18,305 nt of DNA, from the NCBI GenBank assembly GCA_046581755.1, contig JAYGFR010000195.1:1-18305 (forward strand). The letters run 5' to 3'. This document shows, one piece after another, positions 8,328 through 16,919 of this stretch. The notes beneath the pieces are model-generated. The model was not told where the DNA came from, did not search any database, and saw only the letters and a list, made by a program, of their open reading frames with translations. The translations under genes were made by a program, and so were the position numbers. This DNA is from Nitrospinota bacterium (GTDB taxonomy: Bacteria; UBA8248). Each line of letters begins with the position of its first letter. Position 1 is the stretch's first letter.

Positions 8328-9233
8328 TTAACCTCGCTGGATAATTTCCCGGTAGCGCACGAGCCGCCGGGAGCGTTCCTCGTCGCCTTCACGGTGGAAA
8401 ATGCCGATCAGGTTGTTGAGCATGCGCTCGACCACGCGCAGGTCCGGCGTCTCTTTTAAGAACCGGATGTCAAAATGATATCCCATGCCGCGCACGATAT
8501 CGGCGCAATCCTGCACCGAGACAATCTTCCCCCGATCGAAGGGATCGATGTAGATGGGAGCGTCTGGCACTTCATACTTTAGAAGAAAGTGGCCGGGCAT
8601 GCCCACCCCGCGGAAGGACAGGTCCAGCCGCCGGCCTATCAGTATGTAAATGATCGAAAGCGCAATGGGCATCCCCTCTCTCCGGGCGAGTACCCGGTTG
8701 AGGTAGCAGTTTTCCGGATCGTAATACTTGCTCCTGCCCCCCTTGAATCCCAGTTCTTCATGAAGGTAGTAGGCCGTGTGGCGGACGATATCGCGGGGCT
8801 CGCTCACGCCCTCCAGGCGGGAGCGGAGCTCTTCCGCCATCTGGTCCAATTCGGCGACGCAATCGCTTAAATTATCGAGCGGGTATCCGAAGGATGCCAG
8901 GAGGAACACCCCTTCCTCCAACTGGGAATCCTCCCGGCCGGAAACGGACCAGTCCGAAAACACGCGCTCAAGGCGGGTGCGGTGGAACTCCTCGAGCGCG
9001 GGCGGAATGGAAATCCGGTGCCCCTCGGACTGCGATAACCGCTCGAACAGCCGCTCTCGATCATCGTCGCCCAGCACGGCAATCTGATGGTCGAGGGCCT
9101 GGAGGGTGGCGGGCTGATCTTCCTCCAGCAAGCTGCATAACGCATTCAGCTGAGATTCGCTCAGGTTCACGGCGTCACTCCCCATGGCCGCCCCTAAGGG
9201 CGAAATTGGCAAATTTTGGCGCAACCCCTCCAT
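8328..9233 (-). CDS. SirB1-like / transglutaminase-like core protein
   Basis: YLHEELGFKG...YYDPENCYLNRVLARREGMPIALSIIY, GVGMPGHFLL, YIDPFDRG and RMLNNL match the SirB1 (Transglut_core2) pattern; GGAGG SD before ATG 9233. Confidence 0.88.
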   Translation of the reverse strand: MEGLRQNLPISPLGAAMGSDAVNLSESQLNALCSLLEEDQPATLQALDHQIAVLGDDDRERLFERLSQSEGHRISIPPALEEFHRTRLERVFSDWSVSGREDSQLEEGVFLLASFGYPLDNLSDCVAELDQMAEELRSRLEGVSEPRDIVRHTAYYLHEELGFKGGRSKYYDPENCYLNRVLARREGMPIALSIIYILIGRRLDLSFRGVGMPGHFLLKYEVPDAPIYIDPFDRGKIVSVQDCADIVRGMGYHFDIRFLKETPDLRVVERMLNNLIGIFHREGDEERSRRLVRYREIIQRG

Positions 9234-9284
9234 GTTATCCCTCCATGCCGATTTGCTCAAACCGCCCCCCTTTAAAACACTGCC

Positions 9285-10649
9285 TCAAACCGCAGTTGGG
9301 GCCAAGGCTACCTCGGCGGCCCGGATGCCGCTCCGGACCGCGCCCTCACATGTTGCCGGAAGCTGGGTCGCCGTCCAGTCGCCGGCGAGAATCAGCCCCT
9401 CCACAGGCGTTTTCGCCGCCGGGCGCCAGGCCTGCTCCCCCACGCCGGTGGCCCAGGTCGCGGCCCGCTCGCGGACCACCAGGACCCGCCGGATTCCGGC
9501 CCCGGGAAAGATTCTCGCGGCCGTTCTTTCGGCCGACAGGGCCATCTCATCCCTCGATGCGGCGGCGAGGGAATCCGCCCCTCCGCAGAGGAGGGCGATG
9601 GGCGTATCTTCTTCTCCTGGATACCGCGGCCGGAAAAGCCACTGCCAGGGCTCATTCATGATCGCCTCGAAGGCCGGGCCCGGCTCGGGGCGATCAAGCC
9701 ATAAATAGACGCTCGCGATCGGACCCGGCTTCAGGCGGGAAAGTTCGCTCCAGGGGCGCAGGCCCCGAATCTCATCGGGCAGCATCCCGAGCAGGGCTGG
9801 GGGGGGGACGGCGGCGATCACCCGGGCGGCTTCCAGCAACTCGCCCCCCAAAAGAATCACTCCGCGCACCACGCCCCCTTCCACCCGGATTCGCCGCACG
9901 GCCGCGCCCATCCGAACTTCGCCGCCCCGCCGGCGAATCGCATCGCAGGCCCGATCCCCCCAAAAGGGCCCCATCGGCACCCCCGGAGATCCGAGCGCGG
10001 CCCCCGAAGGCCCTGCGCCGAATGCTTCGGCGACGACCCTCCGGAACAAATCGCCGCTTCCCTCCTCCATCCGGACATTGAGAACCGCCCGCGAGAAGGG
10101 CTCCCAAAACCATTTGCGTTCGGGCTCTCCCTGGCCCAGTCCGGCCAGAAGCCGGTCCACCGTCTCTCCCCCGGCCCCGGAAGGAGGGCTTTCCCGGAGG
10201 AGCCTGGCCAAGCCCTTCAGGATGGAAAATCTTGCAGCGGCGTTGGGGCCGCGCCACCGAAAGAGCCCCCAGAGCGCGCCCAGCACCCCTCCCCGGCCGG
10301 GAAACGCCAGGCGCTCCCGGCGAAGGCCGCCCGGGGCGCTTTCATCCGCCAGGCGGTAGGTGAGATCGAGGGAGCGATCGAACCGAAGCTGCGGTGATGC
10401 GCCGATTCGCTCGAGGAATTCCCGAATGGCGGAATTGGCCCGCATGAACAGGTGGGGGCCCCAGTCGAGTTCCAGCCCAGAGCGGGGATCGAGGAAACTC
10501 CTCGCCCGGCCGCCGGGAAGGGGGCCCGCTTCGAGCAGGAGGACGCGCCGGCCGGCATCCGCCAGGGACAACGCCGCCGAGGCGCCCGCGAATCCGGCCC
10601 CGATGACGGCGATGGGCGCGCCCTCTCCCTGACCGGAGGCGTTCACCAT
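9285..10649 (-). CDS. hpnE: Hydroxysqualene dehydroxylase HpnE (FAD-dependent)
   Basis: VIGAGFAG dinucleotide motif, GGRARSF, ERAATW and LAGDWTATQLPATCEGAVRSG. ATG 10649 overlaps the upstream stop (ATGGTGA). Lies directly downstream of hpnCD. Confidence 0.88.
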   Translation of the reverse strand: MVNASGQGEGAPIAVIGAGFAGASAALSLADAGRRVLLLEAGPLPGGRARSFLDPRSGLELDWGPHLFMRANSAIREFLERIGASPQLRFDRSLDLTYRLADESAPGGLRRERLAFPGRGGVLGALWGLFRWRGPNAAARFSILKGLARLLRESPPSGAGGETVDRLLAGLGQGEPERKWFWEPFSRAVLNVRMEEGSGDLFRRVVAEAFGAGPSGAALGSPGVPMGPFWGDRACDAIRRRGGEVRMGAAVRRIRVEGGVVRGVILLGGELLEAARVIAAVPPPALLGMLPDEIRGLRPWSELSRLKPGPIASVYLWLDRPEPGPAFEAIMNEPWQWLFRPRYPGEEDTPIALLCGGADSLAAASRDEMALSAERTAARIFPGAGIRRVLVVRERAATWATGVGEQAWRPAAKTPVEGLILAGDWTATQLPATCEGAVRSGIRAAEVALAPTAV

Positions 10650-12790
10650 ACGAAAAGGCAGAGGAAGGCCTCGCGAAATTTTGCCCATTTCGAGAGGGAT
10701 AGCCTCGGCCCCGGCCCCGGGAAATCGGCGGCCATCATATTTTCGAGAACTTTCCCGTAGACGCGGCCCATGAACCGGGCCGGGAAAAGACGCCAATGGC
10801 TGTTTTTGGGGAGAAGATCGTTTGCCTTTTGGAACAACTCCCGGGCCCGCTCCCCCTCGAACCGCAGGAGCGCCGTCAGCGCCTCGGTGCGCTCCCCGCG
10901 AAGGATGGTCTCCTCCGCCACCCCGAAGCGGCGCAGATCATCGAGGGGCAGGTAGATTCTGTCCTCGGCGGCATCCGCCCACAGATCGCGCAAAATATTC
11001 GTGAGCTGAAGGGCCCGCCCCAGGGTGCGTCCGTACCCGGTCCCGGCCTCGGAGTTTTCCCCGAACACCTTGAGACAGGCCAGCCCGACGGCCGAGGCGA
11101 CCTTGTCGCAGTAGCCGCAAAGTTCATCGAAGGTCCGGTAGCGGTTCTGATCCAGATCCATCCCCACGCCGCTGCAAACATCGAGCAGGTCTCGGGTGGA
11201 GACGCCGTAGGCCGCGACCGCGGGCTTGAGCGCCCGGAGGATGGGATGGCGGTGCTCGCGCTCCTGGAGATGGGCGACGGCATCGGCCCATTCGTCCAGG
11301 CGGCGGAGCTTTTCGCCCCGATCGCCGGGGTTGTCGGCGATATCGTCCACTGCCCGGCAGTACCCGTATATCGCCGAGAGGGCGCGGCGGCGGGCGGGCG
11401 GCAGGGAGAGAAATGCCAGGGAAAAACTCGAACGGCTGGAGCGGACATACCAACGGCAATAATTCCAGTCGGCCCGTGCGTTCGCCTCGCCGCCGATGCG
11501 CCTCCCGAGCCGGTCCGCCGGGAGAAAGGCGGCAGCAACGCAGGCCGCCTTATCGCCGGGCGTCAGGCGCGGCGAGCCCTTCAAAATATCGTGGTCCACC
11601 CGCTCGATAGATTCGAGCGCGGCAAGCCCTCCCCGGAAGATGGCCCGGAGTTCGCGCCCGAATGCGCCCCCGGTTCGCCCGAGCAGGGGAAGGCCCTCGG
11701 CAAAAAGCCCGCGTGTGCGCCTGATCTGAAAGGCCATCAGGGCCCGAAGCTCCGCTCCCGCGGTCTCGCCCGCCAACTCTTCTTCCGGCACCCCGAAGGC
11801 CGCGAGATCGGCCTGGGGGAGATACACCCTGCCCCGGAGGTAGTCCTCCTTCACATCCTGAAGATGGTTGGCAATCTGAAGAGCCGAGCAGATGGCGTCC
11901 GAGGCCCGGAACGCCTCCTCGTCCCGGACGCCATGGAGCATCAGCATGATGCGGCCCACCGGATTCGCCGACAGGCGGCAATAATCGACCAGTCCGGAAT
12001 AATCCGCGTAGCGGGAGACCGTGACATCCTGCCGGAAGGCGGCGATCAGGTCCCGGAACGGCTGAAGGGGAAGGTCATGGACGCTAATCGTACCGGCCAG
12101 GGCGGTAAACACATCTCCCTCGGCGCGGCCCTCGCCCGCGGCCTCCAGTGCCCCTTCCCACTCGTCCAGCATGGCGAGGCGCTCATCCTCCGGAGCGGAC
12201 CCGGGCAGATCGGCGAAATCGTCGGCGCACCGTGCGAAGGCATACAGAGCCGCCACATGGCGGCGCATCCGCGCCGGTAAAAATCGCGAGGCCACCGGGA
12301 AATTCTCGTAATGCTCGGCGGCCATCCGGGCGCAGGCCCGGTAGGCATCCTCCAAATTCGGCTGGGGGGATTCCGCCCGGCCGGGTGCGGGATTTTCATT
12401 CAGCATTTCGATTAAAGGTGCATCGGCGGGCAGAAAATCGAACCGGCCCAGATCGGCGGGGAGAACCCATTCATGCGCGGCGACGCCGTTGTCTTTGAGG
12501 TCGCCGCCCATCGGGCGGCACTCGTAAAAGCGCAGATGAACGATCCGGTCAGGATACGTGTGGCGGGTTTTCCACCGGAGGGAACCCACCTCCACATCGA
12601 TATCCAACTCCTCCCGAATCTCGCGAAGAAGGGCCTCTTTGTGGGTTTCGCCCGGTTCCACCTTGCCCCCGGGAAACTCCCACTTCCCGGCCAAATGCGC
12701 GCCCTCCGGACGCCGGCAGATGAGGATTCGCCCCTCACTCCGGATGATTCCGGCGGCAACCTGTGTACTGGACCGGGATTCGGTAACCAT
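10643..12790 (-). CDS. hpnCD: Triple fusion: MutT/NudG-type Nudix hydrolase + HpnC + HpnD (squalene synthesis), 715 aa
   Basis: aa 1 to about 135: HLAGKWEFPGGKVEPGETHKEALLREIREELDI Nudix box and FLPAD. Middle: HYENFPVAS, YAFARCADDFAD and LQIANHLQDV (HpnC). C-terminal: SSFSLAF, YCRAVDDIAD, VASAVGL and LQLTNILRD (HpnD). One uninterrupted frame. Confidence 0.9.
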   Translation of the reverse strand: MVTESRSSTQVAAGIIRSEGRILICRRPEGAHLAGKWEFPGGKVEPGETHKEALLREIREELDIDVEVGSLRWKTRHTYPDRIVHLRFYECRPMGGDLKDNGVAAHEWVLPADLGRFDFLPADAPLIEMLNENPAPGRAESPQPNLEDAYRACARMAAEHYENFPVASRFLPARMRRHVAALYAFARCADDFADLPGSAPEDERLAMLDEWEGALEAAGEGRAEGDVFTALAGTISVHDLPLQPFRDLIAAFRQDVTVSRYADYSGLVDYCRLSANPVGRIMLMLHGVRDEEAFRASDAICSALQIANHLQDVKEDYLRGRVYLPQADLAAFGVPEEELAGETAGAELRALMAFQIRRTRGLFAEGLPLLGRTGGAFGRELRAIFRGGLAALESIERVDHDILKGSPRLTPGDKAACVAAAFLPADRLGRRIGGEANARADWNYCRWYVRSSRSSFSLAFLSLPPARRRALSAIYGYCRAVDDIADNPGDRGEKLRRLDEWADAVAHLQEREHRHPILRALKPAVAAYGVSTRDLLDVCSGVGMDLDQNRYRTFDELCGYCDKVASAVGLACLKVFGENSEAGTGYGRTLGRALQLTNILRDLWADAAEDRIYLPLDDLRRFGVAEETILRGERTEALTALLRFEGERARELFQKANDLLPKNSHWRLFPARFMGRVYGKVLENMMAADFPGPGPRLSLSKWAKFREAFLCLFVW

Positions 12791-12806
12791 AGCCTCTCGC
12801 CGCGTT

Positions 12807-13574
12807 TCAGGAGAGCGGAGTCACCCGGCTGACGAATACGCCCGGCTCGGCACGCTCCAACGCATCTTTCATATCCTCCGCGCTCTCAAAGCGCTTGCCG
12901 GGAATCGTCAATCCCGGAAACCGGAGTTCTAGACAATCCGTATCCAGCGGCCAGGGCGATATCTCCAGGCCGCCCTCTTCCGTGGGGCGTACGTTCAGGC
13001 CGCACCGGGTCAGAGGGTGGATCTGCCCGGCGGGGGGGCTGATCTCGGGCGCCCGGCAGGTTAAAAGCGACAAGGTATCGCAGGCGCGGAGAAGGAGCGT
13101 CGCCTTCTCCCGCATCTCCATCTCCACCGGGGAGAACTCTTTCATCCATTCCGCCTGCCGCCGCGTCTGGGAGCGATCGAACTCCTTGAGACGGCTCAGG
13201 GCGCCGGGCGGCGCGCCCCGGCATCCGGCCTCGGCAAGCTGCCCGAAGTGAACGCTCACCAGGTAGCCCGAAAAAACATGGAAATCGGCGCAGGTGACGA
13301 TGCTCTCGGACCAAATCTCGGTGATCTCGTCCGAGGTGATGCCGAAAAAGCTGAACGGCAGCCGGGTCTCCGGATCGTAGAGGGGCGACTCGTCGATCTT
13401 GCACCAGCCGACATCGTGATTGTCCACCGCGAACCAGACCGGCCCCTTTATCTCGGGCGGGGGCGGGGGTATTAAATCCACGCCCGCCCAATGGCGTACG
13501 ATCGTACCCGCCGCCCTGGCGTGGTCGTGCTGGGTGATCAGGCGAATGCTATCTTCCATTTGGCGGACGATCAC
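12807..13574 (-). CDS. DUF3891-like protein
   Basis: (M)IVRQ...LITQHDHA...W and HDVGW...D..P......LPFSF, plus LVSVHF and CDTLSL, match my recollection of DUF3891. GTG 13574 with GAGG SD is preferred over the track start 13595. Confidence 0.75.
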   Translation of the reverse strand: MIVRQMEDSIRLITQHDHARAAGTIVRHWAGVDLIPPPPPEIKGPVWFAVDNHDVGWCKIDESPLYDPETRLPFSFFGITSDEITEIWSESIVTCADFHVFSGYLVSVHFGQLAEAGCRGAPPGALSRLKEFDRSQTRRQAEWMKEFSPVEMEMREKATLLLRACDTLSLLTCRAPEISPPAGQIHPLTRCGLNVRPTEEGGLEISPWPLDTDCLELRFPGLTIPGKRFESAEDMKDALERAEPGVFVSRVTPLS

Positions 13575-13811
13575 GAGGTGCGCCTCAACATTCAAACTGC
13601 AAGGCCAAAAAGTACATCAGCATTTCCGGCCTCTAACTCATGTGTCCGCCAAATGTATCAGGCCCTTCCCCGATGGCCAAGCAGATATCCCTTCCCGCGC
13701 CCCCCCGCCCTTGATGAGGAAGCCAAAAGGGAGGAAAATCCGCTCTCTTGAGAGGATTCACCCCCCGCCTCCACTGTGATTCGTGCGCCCCCGAGGGCGG
13801 TTTTTCTGGAT

Positions 13812-15248
13812 ATGAGGATTTCGAAATTGAACACCGATCCCGGCTCCGTGGGCTTGACCGAAACGAAGTATTACACTTTGTCCGGGCCGTTCCGGACCGA
13901 TTCCGGGCGGGAACTCGCAGGAGTCCGCGTGGCCTATGAAACCTATGGAGAGCTGAACGCCTCCAAGGACAACGCCCTTCTCGTCATCCATGCCCTGACG
14001 GGAGACGCCCATGCGGCGGGGGTGCACAGTCCGGACGACCCGCGCTCCGGCTGGTGGGACCCCATGATCGGCCCCGGAAAAGCTATCGATACGGACCGGT
14101 ATTTCGTCGTCAGCACGAACAACCTCGGCGGTTGCTCCGGGACGACGGGGCCTGCGTCCATCGACCCGGCCTCGGGCCGCCCGTTCGGAACGGATTTTCC
14201 AGTTGTGACCGTCGAGGATACGGTCCGGCTCCAAAAGGCGCTTTTGGACGAACTCGGGGTGCGGCGCCTTCGCTCGGTCATCGGCGGCTCGATGGCGGGG
14301 ATGCAGACCCTCGAATGGGGACTGCGCTACAGCGATTTTTGCGATTCGGTCATTCCGGTCGCCGGGGCCGCCCGGCTGACGCCGATGGGAATTGCATGGG
14401 ATAAAATCGCCCGCTCGGCCATAATGGCCGACGCCGACTGGCGCGAGGGCGTCTACAACTCGGACGGCGGGCCTCGAAAAGGCCTGAGCGTGGCCCGCAT
14501 GATCGCCCACATCACCTACCTCAGCGGCCCCATCATGTGGGAAAAATTCGGGCGGAGGGTTCGCGACGAGGGAGAGCTTTTGAACGAGATCACCGCCCGC
14601 TTCGAGGTGGAGAGCTACCTCGACCACCAAGGTGAAAAATTCGTGGACCGCTTCGATGCTAATTCCTATCTCTACCTTTCGAGGATGATGGACCTCTACG
14701 ACGCATCGGCGGGCCATCCGAACCTCGAAGCCGCCCTCGATCGGCTGCGGACCAAATGCATGCTCATCTGCTTTATTTCGGACTGGCTCTTTCCCCCGCA
14801 CTGCAGCATCGAAATCGCCGAGGCCCTTCGGAAACTCGGCCGAGAGGTGGAGCTTCACAACATCGAGTCCACCTACGGGCACGATGCGTTTCTCGTCCAA
14901 ATCGATCCGCTTACGCGGGTCGTGGGCGATTTTCTCAACCGCCTGGACGCGAACGGCCCCATCGGAATCGATACGATGCCGATTCCCCCGGGTACGCGGC
15001 GGCTGGTTTGCACCTTTCCTGCCGAGGAGGTGCGCAGGCCGGTGCTATGGGAGTTGGCGAAAAAGTTTCCTTTCGCCATCAACATCATCCGCGGTGACGT
15101 GAGCAGCGACTCGGGGTGGCAGGTGTGCGAGTTCGAGGGCGATCCGGGCGACATCGCCGAGGCGGTCGCGTATCTCAGGGACCGGGGAATCTGGGTCGAT
15201 CCCGGAGGAGGGGGGTCTATCGACCACGACCGGGCCGAGGTGGTATAA
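13812..15248 (+). CDS. metX: Homoserine O-acyltransferase (MetX, alpha/beta hydrolase fold) with C-terminal NIL domain
   Basis: AYETYGELN, HALTGDAHAAG, GWWDPMIGPGKAIDTDRYFVV; catalytic triad GGSMAG / SDWLF / GHDAFL; RFDANSY. An extra ~80 aa C-terminal segment resembles a NIL domain. Start is ATG 13812 or TTG 13827 (GAGGA SD). Confidence 0.93.
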   Translation: MRISKLNTDPGSVGLTETKYYTLSGPFRTDSGRELAGVRVAYETYGELNASKDNALLVIHALTGDAHAAGVHSPDDPRSGWWDPMIGPGKAIDTDRYFVVSTNNLGGCSGTTGPASIDPASGRPFGTDFPVVTVEDTVRLQKALLDELGVRRLRSVIGGSMAGMQTLEWGLRYSDFCDSVIPVAGAARLTPMGIAWDKIARSAIMADADWREGVYNSDGGPRKGLSVARMIAHITYLSGPIMWEKFGRRVRDEGELLNEITARFEVESYLDHQGEKFVDRFDANSYLYLSRMMDLYDASAGHPNLEAALDRLRTKCMLICFISDWLFPPHCSIEIAEALRKLGREVELHNIESTYGHDAFLVQIDPLTRVVGDFLNRLDANGPIGIDTMPIPPGTRRLVCTFPAEEVRRPVLWELAKKFPFAINIIRGDVSSDSGWQVCEFEGDPGDIAEAVAYLRDRGIWVDPGGGGSIDHDRAEVV

Positions 15249-15259
15249 ATAAGTATACT

Positions 15260-15290
15260 GGCCTGCCTTAAAAATCCGGGCGGGCCTTTT
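15260..15290 (+). terminator. Possible intrinsic terminator after metX
   Basis: GGCCTGCC...GGCGGGCC stem (one G-U pair) followed by TTTT, 12 nt after the metX stop. Confidence 0.5.
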
Positions 15291-15349
15291 CGATCATTTG
15301 AATTCCGGTTTCCCCGCAAGAGGCATTCGAAATCCTGAGGAGATCTCCA

Positions 15350-15982
15350 ATGAGCGAGTTGAAGGAACCCATTGTCGTCGTGAAATATTCGGACTTCACC
15401 TGACCCTACTGCTATGTGGCCACCGTGGGTGGCACGCCGGTCATCGAGGAAGACCCCGAGGTCCTGGTCGAATGGGTCAGCTGGGAGGGCCGTCCTCCGG
15501 GGCAGGAATTCAAGAAGCGCAAGCCCGGAGAGGGGAAAGAAAACTACGAGAAAAACCACAAGCCTCTCGCCGCGAAATACGACGTTCCCCTCAATCCGGC
15601 CAGCAGCAGTCACCGGACGACGAACGCCCACATGGCCACCTACTACGCGCGCGACAAGGGCAAGTTCAAGGAATTCCGCAACCGCATCTACAAGGCCCGC
15701 TGGGTGGAGGACCTCGACCTCGAGAGCCCCGATGTCCTCGCCCGGTGCGGGGAGAAAGTCGGCCTCGACGGAGAGGAAATCAAGCAGGTCATCGCCGAAA
15801 AGCGCTACCTCGCCTCCCTCCACAGCCAACGGGAGCAAGGCAAGAGCCTGGGCATCTTCGGCATCCCCTCCTTCGTCGTCGAGGGGAAAATTTTCTGGGG
15901 CAAGGATGTTATCGACGACGTAAAGAATGAGGTCGAGCGCGTCAAACAAGAGCGCCTGGAGAAACAAAACCAAGAAAACTAG
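15350..15982 (+). CDS. Probable selenoprotein: DsbA/FrnE-like thioredoxin-fold protein, 210 aa, U18-P-Y-C21
   Basis: GAGGAG SD, ATG 15350: MSELKEPIVVVKYSDFT-TGA(15401..15403)-PYCYVATVGG, in frame with track ORF 15416..15982. YSDFxCPxCY is the family active site. The cis-Pro motif GIFGIPSFVVEGKIFWG lies near the C-terminus. Confidence 0.92.
15415..15436 (+). promoter_or_regulatory. Candidate bacterial SECIS hairpin (DsbA-like copy 1)
   Basis: GCCACC-GUG-GGUGGC core (15419..15433), extendable by UGU/ACG with one bulged G. The extended stem begins 11 nt after UGA and the loop 21 nt after it. Confidence 0.75.
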
Positions 15983-16050
15983 GAGGGCGGGGCCGCCCGG
16001 ATTCGATCGTTTTTCACGGAGGCCCTGCCCCTGCCAAGGGAGATTCATCC

Positions 16051-16686
16051 ATGGGCGAACTCAAGGAACCCATCGTGGTCGTCAAGTACTCCGATTTCAC
16101 CTGACCCTTCTGCTACGTGGCCACCGTGGGTGGCGTGCCGATCATCGAGGAAGACCCCGACGTCCGGGTCGAGTGGATCGGCTGGGAAGGAAGACCGCCG
16201 GGGCAGGATTTCGCCGGATATTCTCCCCGGGACAAACAAGAGAACTACGAAAATAAACATAAGCCCCTCGCCGAAAAGTACAATGTACCCATCCGGCTGG
16301 CGGGAGCGGACTACCGCACGACGAACGCCCACATGGTCACCATTTACGCGCGCGACAAGGGGAAGTTCAAGGAATTCCGCGACCGCATCTACAAGGCGCG
16401 GTGGGTGGATGACCTCGATCTCGAAAGCCCAGAAATTCTCGCCCGGTGCGGCGAGGAAGTCGGCCTTGACGGAGAGGAAATCAAGCAGGTCATCGCCGAA
16501 AAGCGCTACCTCGCAACCCTTCACAGCCAGCGGGCACAAGGAAAGAGCCTGGGCATCTACGGCATCCCCTCCTTCGTCGTCCAGGGAAAGATTTTCTGGG
16601 GAATCGATGTGATCGACGATGTGCGGGCTGAGGTGGCGCGGCTCAAGGAAGAAAAGCTCGCCGAGCAAAACAGCAAGGAAGGTTAG
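16051..16686 (+). CDS. Probable selenoprotein: DsbA/FrnE-like thioredoxin-fold protein, 211 aa, U18-P-F-C21 (tandem paralogue)
   Basis: AGGGAG SD, ATG 16051: MGELKEPIVVVKYSDFT-TGA(16102..16104)-PFCYVATVGG, in frame with track ORF 16117..16686; GIYGIPSFVVQGKIFWG. Confidence 0.92.
16120..16134 (+). promoter_or_regulatory. Candidate bacterial SECIS hairpin (DsbA-like copy 2)
   Basis: GCCACC-GUG-GGUGGC, identical in sequence and distance from the UGA to copy 1. Confidence 0.75.
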
Positions 16687-16919
16687 GCCCGATATTCGGG
16701 CCGGTGGGCCGCCCGTCCTGAACCTGTCCGGTGGCGGGCGGGCAATCTGGCCGCGCCGGGGAAGTAGAGTCCCCCGAACCACCGCGCCTTTCTTGCAGCG
16801 GAAAATCCATCAAAGGAGTGTATCTATACCGCGCCGGCAAAAGATCCCTCGGCGAACGGCGGAAGGTGGCACCCGCCGGGAGAATCGGCGAGATTTTTCG
16901 GGACATTGCGGCGCTTCTT

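Noticed and set aside
9799..9807. G9 homopolymer in hpnE as a phase-variation tract
   Set aside because: The gene is in frame (encodes VPPPA) and such runs are expected at this GC content.
13575..13811. Canonical SAM-I riboswitch upstream of metX
   Set aside because: The conserved AUC-AGAG...GAGGGA...GCAACC...GUGC core could not be found by eye; kept only as a weak attenuator candidate.
15416..16686. Track ORFs 15416..15982 and 16117..16686 as complete proteins starting at GTG
   Set aside because: No SD at those GTGs, and they would lack the CxxC-equivalent motif. Upstream SD + ATG and silent-site divergence show that the region before the TGA is coding.
2067..16782. Long antisense or alternate-frame ORFs (e.g. 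2067..3374, 4065..5039, 5329..6480, 10796..12280, 13758..14900, 14873..16048, 16045..16782)
   Set aside because: They overlap well-supported genes and have no family motifs; these are typical shadow ORFs in high-GC DNA.
16687..16919. Small gene or ncRNA between DsbA-like copy 2 and RidA
   Set aside because: Only short GC hairpins (e.g. GGCCCGA-TAT-TCGGGCC) between convergent genes; candidate ORFs overlap RidA or lack a credible start.
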